From: Deferribacterales bacterium
GTDB taxonomy: Bacteria; Chrysiogenota; Deferribacteres; Deferribacterales; Geovibrionaceae
DNA: 37,822 nucleotides
NCBI GenBank assembly: GCA_050251945.1
Contig: JBFWLW010000019.1
Location: 1-37,822 of the forward strand
Direction: 5' to 3'
The notes beneath the pieces were generated by a model that saw only the letters and a program-made list of their open reading frames with translations, was not told where the DNA came from and did not search any database. The number at the start of each line of letters is the position of its first letter. Position 1 is the stretch's first letter. Below, one piece after another: positions 27,871 to 37,704 of this stretch. Made by a program: the position numbers and the translations under genes.

Positions 27871-28317
27871 TTAATCTTTGTTAAGGTCGTCAAGATACCT
27901 TTGCCACTGTTCCATCTTCGGTCTGTGCATGAAAAGATGCACCAGAGAGAGAACAAAGAAAAGATAGAAGAAGCGCACGTCCGCTGACACTATGTATATG
28001 ACAAGCCCGAACAGGGCTATAGTTTCAGCCATCGCCGCGGTTATTACGGCGGCTATCATCAGCTTTTTGCCAAGGTCGCATGACCGTCCGCATTTTCTGC
28101 GCAGAAGCGGCAGAAGCATATTGGACAGCGGAAAGAAAATAACAGCTATGATGATGAAAGCTATCCCCATGTGGTCAACAGTGGGTCTGGGCAGGTAATA
28201 ATGCACCTTCATATCCAGCGTTTCTGCAAGAGCGACGAACAGCGGATAGAGAAAAAGCCCCATCGCCATTGATCTGAAAGTCTTTACTGCCATGTCAAAG
28301 TAGTTTTCAAAAGTCAT
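27871..28317 (-). CDS. Hypothetical four-TM membrane protein
   Basis: Hydrophobic ORF with a GGGGGA RBS before ATG 28317; the ORF is open from 28341. Confidence 0.78.
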   Translation of the reverse strand: MTFENYFDMAVKTFRSMAMGLFLYPLFVALAETLDMKVHYYLPRPTVDHMGIAFIIIAVIFFPLSNMLLPLLRRKCGRSCDLGKKLMIAAVITAAMAETIALFGLVIYIVSADVRFFYLFFVLSLVHLFMHRPKMEQWQRYLDDLNKD

Positions 28318-28601
28318 ATTTCCCCCGTGAATATACATCATTTATATCATGAGGGTTTGGTTAAGACAATTAATATTAGGCGTTTGCTTCTATTATACGG
28401 TTTCAGGATTCTGCATGTATCAAAACACATAAAAACAACATATTTTTTACTGATGTTTAAACAAATTGATAAGACGAGAGAAAAAGTGATCTGATATCCT
28501 TTTTGTTAAAATTCACATGTCCGCATATTGACAATTAAAACTTATGTGTTTAACTCGGTTATCTCTATATGGTTATTTTTAAGTATGAGGGGGTATCTAC
28601 A

Positions 28602-31600
28602 GTGAGATTAATTCATATTGCTATTTTTGCGTGCTTTCTTATGCTTTCAGGATGTTTCAATTTAGACAGCGGCTCTTCATCAGATGAGAATCTTAGTTCC
28701 GAGGTCATATACAACGGCGACGATGTGTCAGCTGTTACGGACAGTTCCGGAAAATCTTATGTTACAAGCAGTTCTTTGGGTATCGTTTACGAGATTGCCG
28801 CTCTGGACGAGGATGGGCAGCCAGTCAGCGGTGTTAAGCTGACATACACGGAGAGCGGCGGAAAATCAGTTGTCTATATATCGGACGATAGCGGTACTTA
28901 TGAGGATATACTGCTGATTGGCACGCCTTCCGAGCTGGCGGCACAATATCCACGATACAAAAAAGTGAAATACAGTTCCGAGCGGGCGACTTCCTATAAT
29001 CTTGGGCTGGTTCTCAAACGGAACGGCGGGTTGCCGACAGGTTTCAGCAGCGACGCAAAGAATCTCAACAGTGCATACATGGGTTCGTCCGAACGAACCG
29101 GCACAGGCTGGTCAACGGACTGCTACACCTCTGCGGAAATATCCGACGCAATATCAGCAGTGGGACTGTCAAAGATATTTATATTCGGCGGTCTGACGGT
29201 TGACAGCAATATATATATGAAAATAGGTAGCTCATGGAGCGGTGGTGCTCTTGAAACCGCCATGACAACAAAGCTTGCGGAGGTCTACGGTATGACCTAT
29301 GCCAATGCCGCTCTGGCAAGCTATCAGATGACCTGCTATATTCCGTCCGGCGGGTTAGGCAGTCTTGGCGCGGTATGCGAAATAGTCAAGAGCAACGATG
29401 TATGTCAGACGACACCGGGTGATGACGAAACCGCAAATAATGCACCGACCATCGGCGGAACGCCCGCATACACCATCGCCGATGGCGAAAGCTACAGCTT
29501 CACTCCCACGGCGAGTGATGAGGACGGCGATACTCTGACATTCAGTATAGAGAACAAGCCCGACTGGGCAAGCTTTGACACGGCAACCGGAGCATTGACC
29601 GGAACGGCTGTTACAGGCACTTATGCCGGAATAACCATCAGCGTATCGGACGGCACGGATTCAGCGAGTCTGACTCCGTTCACAATTACTGTGACAGAGA
29701 CGGTTGCTGAAAACAATGCACCGACCATCGGCGGAACGCCGACGACAGCAGTATACCGTAACGCTTCGTACAGTTTCACGCCGACATCGGCTGATGCCGA
29801 TGGCGATACTTTGACGTTTACCATAGAGAACAAGCCTGACTGGGCGGTGTTCAATCAGAGTACCGGAGCCTTGACAGGCACTGCGGTTGCGGGTACATAC
29901 AGCGGCATAGTGATAACGGTTTCAGACGGGACTGACAACACAAGTATGGACGCATTTACCATCACAGTGACAAACCGTGCGCCTTCAATAAGCGGAACTC
30001 CGTCGGCATCGGCAGATACAGGAGCATCATACAACTTCACCCCGACGGGAAGTGACCCAGACGGAGACACTCTGACCTACAGCATACAAAACAAACCGGG
30101 CTGGGCGACTTTCAGCACTGCGACAGGTGCGCTGACAGGAACGACAACGGCGGGAACGTTCACCAATATAATAATAACCGTAAGCGATGGCATAGCCACG
30201 ACAGACCTTGCAGCGTTCAGCATAACGGTTGAAGACCCGAATAATGCCCCGACCATAGGCGGGACACCGACGACATCCCTGTATGTCAACACTGCATACA
30301 GCTTCACGCCGACATCCGGTGATGCGGATGGCGATACTCTTACTTTCAGCATTGAGAACAAACCTGACTGGGCTACGTTCAGTACAACTACAGGAGCGTT
30401 GACAGGTACCCCCACGGTGAGCGGTATATACAGCGACATCGTTATAAGCGTTTCAGACGGTACGGCAAGCGTATCTCTGGCATCGTTCGATATAGAAGTT
30501 CAGAACCATGCACCGTCCATAAGCGGCACACCGACTGCGGTTATGAGCGGCGAGGCTTTCAGCTTCACGCCCACGGCGAGTGATGACGACAGCGACACCC
30601 TTACATTCAGCATTTCCGGCAACCCGACGTGGATGACAATCGACACCTCCACAGGTGCGGTTTCCGGAACAGCGGAAGCGGGTGTATATGAAAATATAGT
30701 CATAACAGTATCCGACGGCAGGACAGGCGGTGTAAACACGCTCTCGTTCGATCTTACGATAGTTACGTGGGTAATGACCAAGACAGGGCAGACAAGCTGT
30801 TGGGACAGTGCGGGAACGCTCCTTGATGCTGCAGAATGTCTGTTAAGCGGGCAGGACGGAGCATATCAGGCGGGTGTTGATCCCGACTACACCAGAGAGA
30901 GCGTAACAGATGCCGCTATCGTGGACAATGTGAACGGTCTTATGTGGCAGGATAACGGGGATGATTATTCGGATACATGGGCAAATGCGGTTACTATCTG
31001 TTCAGATCTTACAATCGGCAGCTACAGCGACTGGAGGCTTCCGTCAATCGAAGAACTGGAGACCATAGTGGATTACGACAAGATCAGTCCGGCGTTAAAT
31101 TCTGCCTTTGTAAATATCGAACAGTCATATTACTGGTCGTCAACAGCAGAAGGCGATGGTACGTCCGGAAATTACTGGGGAATGTATTTCCGTGACGGTG
31201 TTTCGCAGATGTATATCGGAACCGAGTTGCATCATGTTTTATGTGTCCGCGGTAATTCATATCCCGCTGCAGATTTCGTGAGAAATGATACGAAAGAGAT
31301 AGTGACTGACAATAACACAGGACTTATGTGGCAGGACGATGCAGAAGCCGCATCAGTTTCAGATGTGTGGGCAGACGCAATAAGCTATTGCGAAAACAAA
31401 GAACTTGGCGGCTATGCTGACTGGAGAATGCCCAATATACGAGAGCTTTTGTCTATCAGGGAAGAAAGCGCTCACGAACCTGCAATAAGCTCAGTGTTCC
31501 AGAATACCGCCTGGAGCGGCTACTGGTCTTCGTCCACATATAAGGTTTTCGGCGCAGTCGAGGCTGCATGGACAATCTGGTTTGATTATCCCGCTATGTA

Positions 31601-31658
31601 TTTCGGTGCTAAAGCTTCCGAAAGTTATAATGTCCGGTGTGTTCGGGGCGGACTGTAA
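28602..31658 (+). CDS. Surface lipoprotein with five putative Ig (He_PIG/cadherin-like) repeats and two DUF1566 (Lcl C-terminal) domains
   Basis: GAGGGGG RBS before GTG 28602, lipobox LSG-C, five N.APTI.GTP...YSFTPT..D.DGDTLTFSI.NKP.W repeats, KTGQT.CW..GQDG, and two D..TGLMWQ...W..A...C......GY.DWRLP..EL...YWSS...V.CVRG domains. Confidence 0.92.
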   Translation: MRLIHIAIFACFLMLSGCFNLDSGSSSDENLSSEVIYNGDDVSAVTDSSGKSYVTSSSLGIVYEIAALDEDGQPVSGVKLTYTESGGKSVVYISDDSGTYEDILLIGTPSELAAQYPRYKKVKYSSERATSYNLGLVLKRNGGLPTGFSSDAKNLNSAYMGSSERTGTGWSTDCYTSAEISDAISAVGLSKIFIFGGLTVDSNIYMKIGSSWSGGALETAMTTKLAEVYGMTYANAALASYQMTCYIPSGGLGSLGAVCEIVKSNDVCQTTPGDDETANNAPTIGGTPAYTIADGESYSFTPTASDEDGDTLTFSIENKPDWASFDTATGALTGTAVTGTYAGITISVSDGTDSASLTPFTITVTETVAENNAPTIGGTPTTAVYRNASYSFTPTSADADGDTLTFTIENKPDWAVFNQSTGALTGTAVAGTYSGIVITVSDGTDNTSMDAFTITVTNRAPSISGTPSASADTGASYNFTPTGSDPDGDTLTYSIQNKPGWATFSTATGALTGTTTAGTFTNIIITVSDGIATTDLAAFSITVEDPNNAPTIGGTPTTSLYVNTAYSFTPTSGDADGDTLTFSIENKPDWATFSTTTGALTGTPTVSGIYSDIVISVSDGTASVSLASFDIEVQNHAPSISGTPTAVMSGEAFSFTPTASDDDSDTLTFSISGNPTWMTIDTSTGAVSGTAEAGVYENIVITVSDGRTGGVNTLSFDLTIVTWVMTKTGQTSCWDSAGTLLDAAECLLSGQDGAYQAGVDPDYTRESVTDAAIVDNVNGLMWQDNGDDYSDTWANAVTICSDLTIGSYSDWRLPSIEELETIVDYDKISPALNSAFVNIEQSYYWSSTAEGDGTSGNYWGMYFRDGVSQMYIGTELHHVLCVRGNSYPAADFVRNDTKEIVTDNNTGLMWQDDAEAASVSDVWADAISYCENKELGGYADWRMPNIRELLSIREESAHEPAISSVFQNTAWSGYWSSSTYKVFGAVEAAWTIWFDYPAMYFGAKASESYNVRCVRGGL
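29436..30764 (+). repeat. Five in-frame tandem Ig-like coding repeats
   Basis: Units start at 29436, 29712, 29973, 30240 and 30504 (spacing 276, 261, 267, 264 bp). Confidence 0.92.
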
Positions 31659-31668
31659 AATTCAATTC

Positions 31669-31696
31669 AGGGGCGCAGAAATGCGCCCCTTTTTTT
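31669..31696 (+). terminator. Intrinsic terminator
   Basis: AGGGGCGCA-gaaa-TGCGCCCCT-TTTTTT. Confidence 0.9.
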
Positions 31697-31719
31697 CGCT
31701 AAAAAGATTATTTTAGTGT

Positions 31720-31748
31720 TTGATATACGCCCCATGCTGTGATAAATT
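31720..31748 (+). promoter_or_regulatory. Putative sigma70 promoter upstream of the ilvD leader
   Basis: TTGATA-17 bp-TAAATT with an extended TG. Confidence 0.5.
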
Positions 31749-31770
31749 ATATGACTTAAATTTTTTAAGC

Positions 31771-31946
31771 CGCCCTGAACTTTTTAGGGCGTCTTCAGCA
31801 CCGAGGTGAAAGTCTCGGAGGCGCAGGACGCGCCGACACGGAGTGCTGGTTGAGCCGTCTTGCGGTGAAACCAAGCGTAGTGTGAGCGTACACAGGCTTC
31901 TGCCGGTGTTAAGCGTTTGATAAAAAACTGCACGACGCAGTTTTTT
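31771..31946 (+). ncRNA. Structured RNA leader of unknown class upstream of ilvD
   Basis: Hairpins CGCCCT/AGGGCG, CCGAG/CTCGG and GGCGC/GCGCC, longer-range CAGCAC/GTGCTG and GCACCG/CGGTGT pairings, then AAAAAACTGC/GCAGTTTTTT. Confidence 0.45.
31922..31946 (+). terminator. Terminator-like hairpin just before the ilvD RBS
   Basis: AAAAAACTGC-acgac-GCAGTTTTTT ends 13 bp before the ilvD ATG. Confidence 0.55.
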
Positions 31947-31959
31947 ATAAGAGGTGAAT

Positions 31960-33621
31960 ATGAGAAGTGACAGAACAAAAGTCGGCATAGACAGAGCACC
32001 CGCCAGAGCACTGATGTATGGCACGGGTATGCCGGAGAGCAGCATGGGCAGAGCACACATAGGCATCTGTTCCAGTTTCACCGATCTCATCCCCGGACAC
32101 GTGGGCATGAGAGACCTTGAAAGATACATTGAAAAAGGCGTCCACACAGGCGGCGGTCATTCGTCCATCTTCTGTGTGCCGGGCATCTGCGACGGGATCG
32201 CAATGGGGCATATCGGTATGCACTATTCGCTCCCCTCAAGAGACGCCATCGCCGATATGATAGAATGTGTTGTTGAAGCACACGCCCTCGACGGCGTGGT
32301 GTTCCTCACCAACTGCGACAAGATCACCCCCGGAATGTTGATGGCGGCTGCACGCCTGAACGTCCCTTCGATAGTAGTTACCGCGGGTCCCATGGCTACG
32401 GGAAGCTACCGTATGCAGAAACGCTCGTTCATCAAGGACACCTTTGAGAACATGGCGAAATGCCGCACAGGCGAGATAAGCGAAGACGAAATGAAAAATA
32501 TCGAACAGTGCGCCTGCCCCGGTCAGGGAGCCTGCCAAGGGCTTTTCACCGCGAACACCATGGCGTGCCTCACCGAAGCGATGGGCATGTCACTGCCTGG
32601 CTGCGGAATGGCGATGGCAGGTTCGGGCAAAAAACGCCGCATAGCTTTTGATTCCGGCGTTGCCATCTGTGAACTGGTTGAAAAAGATATCAAAGCACGC
32701 GACATACTTAATGAGAACGCATTCAGAAACGCAGTGATGCTGGATATGGCGCTCGGCGGCTCAACAAACACCGCACTGCACCTTCCCGCTATCGCATACG
32801 AGGCGAAAGTTCCTTTCAGCCTTGCGCTTTTTGACGAATACAGCAAGACCACTCCCCACATCACAAGCATAAACCCCGGCGGCGAGTTCTTCATGGAAGA
32901 CGTTGACGCGGCTGGCGGTATCCCTGCTTTCCAATACAGACTGCGCGACAGGCTGTATGACAACCCCACGGTGTGCGGAAGAACAATTAAAGAAATAGCC
33001 AACTCTGCAATAGTTTATGACGATGATATAATCAGACCGCTGGACAATCCCTATCACAAAGAGGGCGGTATCGCGGTTCTCAGCGGAAACATAGCGCAGG
33101 ACGGCGCAGTTGTAAAACAGTCTGCCGTCAATGCCGATATGCTCCGGTTCACAGGTTCAGCCGTATGCTTTGACAGCGAAGAGGCGGCTATGGACGCCAT
33201 CAAAACCCGTCAGGTTGTCAACGGACAGGTTGTTGTTATCCGCTATGAAGGACCCAAAGGCGGACCCGGTATGCGTGAAATGCTTGCTCCCACAGCAGAG
33301 ATAATGGGACAGGGACTTAACAAGGTTGCTCTCATTACTGACGGAAGATTTTCCGGCGGCACAAGGGGACCATGCATAGGTCACATATCCCCCGAAGCGG
33401 CTGAGGGCGGCGATATCGGGCTTATCGAGGATGGCGATAAAATAATTATTGACATTCCAGGCAGGACGATTAATCTTGATGTTCCCGCGGACGAGCTTAA
33501 GAAGCGCCGTGCGCAATGGGTTAAGCCGGAACCGAAGATCAAAAAAGGTTACCTGGCTAAATACGCAGCCCGTGTTTCAAACGCGGCACAGGGCGCAATC
33601 TGCAGGATTGAAGACCTGTAG
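31960..33621 (+). CDS. ilvD: Dihydroxy-acid dehydratase
   Basis: [74 protein letters not shown] follows an AGAGGT RBS. Confidence 0.97.
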   Translation: MRSDRTKVGIDRAPARALMYGTGMPESSMGRAHIGICSSFTDLIPGHVGMRDLERYIEKGVHTGGGHSSIFCVPGICDGIAMGHIGMHYSLPSRDAIADMIECVVEAHALDGVVFLTNCDKITPGMLMAAARLNVPSIVVTAGPMATGSYRMQKRSFIKDTFENMAKCRTGEISEDEMKNIEQCACPGQGACQGLFTANTMACLTEAMGMSLPGCGMAMAGSGKKRRIAFDSGVAICELVEKDIKARDILNENAFRNAVMLDMALGGSTNTALHLPAIAYEAKVPFSLALFDEYSKTTPHITSINPGGEFFMEDVDAAGGIPAFQYRLRDRLYDNPTVCGRTIKEIANSAIVYDDDIIRPLDNPYHKEGGIAVLSGNIAQDGAVVKQSAVNADMLRFTGSAVCFDSEEAAMDAIKTRQVVNGQVVVIRYEGPKGGPGMREMLAPTAEIMGQGLNKVALITDGRFSGGTRGPCIGHISPEAAEGGDIGLIEDGDKIIIDIPGRTINLDVPADELKKRRAQWVKPEPKIKKGYLAKYAARVSNAAQGAICRIEDL

Positions 33622-33635
33622 GTATAATAGCCGAT

Positions 33636-33878
33636 GAGACTGCTTCGTCGCTAACGCTTCTCGCAGAGACGGATATTTGTCATTGCGAGTGTAACGACGC
33701 AATCTCATTCCTTGGTTGTTGGTCTTACCGATGTTATACAATTTATAGGGAAGCAGATTTGGATTGCTTCGTCACGTTACTCGACAACTAGCTGAAAGTG
33801 GACTCATTCAGCCTTCGGCTAGTGCTTCTCGCAATGACGTTAATCCGTCTCTGCGAGGGTACAACCCGAAGCAGTCTC
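33636..33878. repeat. Cluster of four CGTC-type REPs (two inverted doublets), one long form with a CTAG-bounded insert
   Basis: Units at 33636-33671, 33679-33706, 33761-33839 (long) and 33846-33878. Consensus GTC(A/T)(T/C)TGCGAG...CGAAGCA(A/G)TCT. Confidence 0.88.
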
Positions 33879-34073
33879 ATTCTTTCCCTTTCAGAGACAT
33901 TTAAAAGAAATATACCGGAGAACAAACTCCGGTGCCGACCGTGCTGTCCGTGACAGGGCGATAGGAGTTTCTTTTGGATATAAAAAGGCTGTCGTACCGG
34001 AGTAGGTGGGCAGGGGTATTTGAACCTCTGTTTACATAAGTCGGCGGTCAAATATCTTTTACGGAGTTACATT

Positions 34074-35768
34074 ATGATGACAGGTGCTCAGATTCTCATC
34101 GAATCACTGAAGAAAGAGGGTGTCGATCTTATCTTCGGCTATCCGGGCGGCGTTCTGCTCGGTGTCTACGACACTATTTATGATTCAGACATCACCCACA
34201 TTCTCCCCAGACACGAACAGGGCGGTATCCATGCGGCGGAGGGCTATGCCAGAGCAACAGGCAAAGTCGGCGTCTGCTTCGGTACGTCAGGTCCCGGCGC
34301 GACGAACCTCGTTACAGGTATCGCAAACGCGCATATGGACTCAATCCCTCTTGTCGTGTTCACAGGACAGGTCGCAACAAGCCTCATCGGTGGTGATGCG
34401 TTTCAGGAAGCGGATATCATAGGCATTACAAGACCGATAGTTAAACACAGCTATATGCTGACAAACGTCGAAGAGACGGCTTCGGTTATTAAGGAAGCCT
34501 TTCACATAGCAAGAACGGGCAGACCCGGTCCCGTTGTCATCGACCTGCCGAAAGACGTTATGGCGGCGAAAGCAAAATTTGAATGGCCTGAAAAGGTTAA
34601 CCTGACAGGTTATAATCCGACTGTCAAAGGTCACCTCGGACAGATCAAAAAGATGCTCCGCCTGCTTGAATCCGCCAGAAAACCCGTTATTTATATGGGC
34701 GGCGGTGTGGTTCTTTCCGAGGCGAACGAAGAACTGGTTAAGTTCAGCGAGATAACAGGCGTTCCCGTTGTCTCCTCATTCCTCGGTCTCGGCGGTTTCC
34801 CCGGCACTCACGAAAACTTCGTCGGCTGGCTGGGTATGCACGGAAACTATGCCTCTAACATGGCTGTTTCTGACCCTGATTTCATCCTTGCCATAGGAAC
34901 ACGCTTTTCAGACCGCTCCACAGGACGTCTGGACGGCTTCGCTCCCAATGCAAAGATAGCTCATATCGACGTTGACCCCGCGAGCATAAGCAAGAACGTT
35001 CAGATTGAAGTCCCCATCGTAGGCGACTGCAAAGCCGTTCTCAAACAGGCTCTGGGTGAAATAGACAAATTCAACTGGGACAAGAATGCTTCCGCCAGAA
35101 AAGAATGGCGCCAGCAGATCAAGGCGTGGGATAAAGAACATCCGTTCGACTACGACCGCACAGCAGATATCATCAAGCCCCAGTATGTTGTTGAAACAAT
35201 ATATAAAGTTACGGAAGGCGATGCCATCATCTGTACAGAGGTCGGTCAGAACCAGATGTGGGCGGGACAGTTCTATAAGTTCAAACGTCCCCACCAGTTC
35301 ATCTCCTCAGGCGGTCTGGGTACCATGGGATACGGCTTTCCAGCGGCAATCGGCGCAAAGCTCGGCTGCCCCGATAAGGAAGTTTTCGACATCGCGGGTG
35401 ACGGCTCGATACTGATGAACATTCAGGAGCTTACCACCGCTGTTCAGAATAAAGTTGCCGTTAAAGTAGCGATACTTAACAACAGATACCTCGGCATGAT
35501 ACGCCAGTGGCAGAACATGTTCTTCAACGACAGATTCAGCCATTGCAACCTTGAATGTCAGCCCGATTTCGTTAAGCTGGCAGAGGCATTCGGTGCTGTG
35601 GGTATGCGTATCGACAGGAAAGAGGATGTCGAAAACGCAGTGAGAGAATCTCTCAAGATAAAAGACAGACCCGTTTTCATGGACTTCACGGTTGACAGAA
35701 ACGAAAACGTTTTCCCCATGATACCTGCGGGCGCGTCCGTCAGCGAAATGCTGCTGATGAAGAAATAA
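34074..35768 (+). CDS. ilvB: Acetolactate synthase large subunit, biosynthetic type
   Basis: FGYPGG, RHEQG, TSGPGATN, DAFQEAD, GRPGPV.IDLPKD, SGGLGTMG, GDGS..MN, NN.YLGM. GGAG RBS before ATG 34074. Confidence 0.97.
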   Translation: MMTGAQILIESLKKEGVDLIFGYPGGVLLGVYDTIYDSDITHILPRHEQGGIHAAEGYARATGKVGVCFGTSGPGATNLVTGIANAHMDSIPLVVFTGQVATSLIGGDAFQEADIIGITRPIVKHSYMLTNVEETASVIKEAFHIARTGRPGPVVIDLPKDVMAAKAKFEWPEKVNLTGYNPTVKGHLGQIKKMLRLLESARKPVIYMGGGVVLSEANEELVKFSEITGVPVVSSFLGLGGFPGTHENFVGWLGMHGNYASNMAVSDPDFILAIGTRFSDRSTGRLDGFAPNAKIAHIDVDPASISKNVQIEVPIVGDCKAVLKQALGEIDKFNWDKNASARKEWRQQIKAWDKEHPFDYDRTADIIKPQYVVETIYKVTEGDAIICTEVGQNQMWAGQFYKFKRPHQFISSGGLGTMGYGFPAAIGAKLGCPDKEVFDIAGDGSILMNIQELTTAVQNKVAVKVAILNNRYLGMIRQWQNMFFNDRFSHCNLECQPDFVKLAEAFGAVGMRIDRKEDVENAVRESLKIKDRPVFMDFTVDRNENVFPMIPAGASVSEMLLMKK

Positions 35769-35783
35769 GGGAGGGACACTGCA

Positions 35784-36284
35784 ATGATGAGACATACTAT
35801 ATCAGTTCTGGTTGAGAACAAATTCGGCGTACTTTCCCGCATTTCGGGACTTTTCAGCGGCAGAGGCTACAACATTGAGTCTCTTTCCGTTAACAGGACA
35901 CTGGACGAGGGCGTTTCCATAATGACCATCGTCACAATAGGAGACGACAGAGTTGTCGAGCAGATAATCAAACAGCTGCGCAAGCTGGTGAACGTTATCC
36001 GTGTCCGCAACGTTTCGGAAATGGATCACATTGAAAGAGAGATGATCCTTGTCAAAGTGCACGCAACACAGAGAACAAGACCCGACGTGTTCAATATCGT
36101 CAGCACTTTCCGCGGAAAGACAGTTGACATAACAAACGAATCCGTTGTCATTGAGCTTACTGGTGCAAACGACAAGATTCTCGCTTTCCTGAACGTGATG
36201 GAACCCTACGGTATCATTGAGGTTGTCCGAACCGGCGCAATAGCCATCGGCCGCGGCAGCAAAATGACAGCCGAAACGAAATAA
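35784..36284 (+). CDS. ilvN: Acetolactate synthase small (regulatory) subunit
   Basis: LVENKFGVLSRI.GLFS.RGYNIESL, EQIIKQL.KL, ERE, E.VRTG. Confidence 0.96.
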   Translation: MMRHTISVLVENKFGVLSRISGLFSGRGYNIESLSVNRTLDEGVSIMTIVTIGDDRVVEQIIKQLRKLVNVIRVRNVSEMDHIEREMILVKVHATQRTRPDVFNIVSTFRGKTVDITNESVVIELTGANDKILAFLNVMEPYGIIEVVRTGAIAIGRGSKMTAETK

Positions 36285-37403
<1,119 letters not shown>

Positions 37404-37407
37404 GATA

Positions 37408-37440
37408 AAGGGGCGGCTTAAAACCGCCCCTTACTTTTTT
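37408..37440 (+). terminator. Intrinsic terminator of the ilvBNC operon
   Basis: AAGGGGCGG-cttaaaa-CCGCCCCTT-ac-TTTTTT. Confidence 0.85.
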
Positions 37441-37562
37441 ACCTCTTATAACCGTCGCATTTCTTCGTTGGTCTTAAAAAAATATTGCTCATGTACCCAT
37501 CAAGTACACTGCGCATATTTTTTTAACCCCGCCTTGAACTGCTTGGTTCTAAAAGGTAAAAA
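37436..37562. repeat. 127-bp imperfect palindromic element (ERIC/IRU-like architecture)
   Basis: Terminal TTTTTACCTCTTATAACC / GGTTCTAAAAGGTAAAAA, inner TTAAAAAAATAT / ATATTTTTTTAA, central TGTAC / GTACA. Confidence 0.6.
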
Positions 37563-37594
37563 CATGTTGGCGCTAATAGCTTCGTGATTTTTCT

Positions 37595-37676
37595 CCCTCC
37601 TTTATAAAAACATTTGCACTATTTATGCAAATGTTTCTGTTCCAAACTTGTTGAAAAGGAGGGTTGGGGTGGATTT
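37595..37676. repeat. Nested palindromic element (CCCTCCTTT...AAAGGAGGG type)
   Basis: CCCTCCTTT/AAAGGAGGG arms enclose AAACATTTGCA/TGCAAATGTTT, followed by TTGGGGTGGATTT. Confidence 0.5.
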
Positions 37677-37686
37677 TCTTCTTTCC

Positions 37687-37704
37687 CGTCTCTGCGAGCA
37701 CTAG
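37687..37704 (+). repeat. 5' part of a CGTC-type REP interrupted by the IS
   Basis: CGTCTCTGCGAGCA-CTAG, compared with the reverse complement of 33819-33839, CGTCATTGCGAGAAGCA-CTAG. Confidence 0.8.

Noticed and set aside
27871..28317. ATP synthase subunit c (AMAETIALFGLVIY resemblance)
   Set aside because: No GxGxGxG helix or RQP loop, and no atp genes nearby.
31131..31658. First DUF1566 domain acting as template repeat for the second
   Set aside because: The two YWSS...CVRG segments differ at many non-adenine positions and neither is AAC-rich.
31771..31946. T-box, FMN riboswitch, 6S RNA or complete group II intron
   Set aside because: No UGGNACC antiterminator, no FMN 3' conserved blocks, no long 6S rod, and no GUGYG start, domain V or RT gene.
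33636..33878. CRISPR array
   Set aside because: Units are inverted, variable in length and imperfect. There is no constant direct repeat with unique spacers and no cas gene.
33955..34000. Fluoride or ykkC/ppGpp riboswitch before ilvB
   Set aside because: GGCGATAGGAGTT and GATATAAAAAGGC are only superficially similar. The GCUAAUGAC pseudoknot partner and the AGGGUUCCG core are missing.
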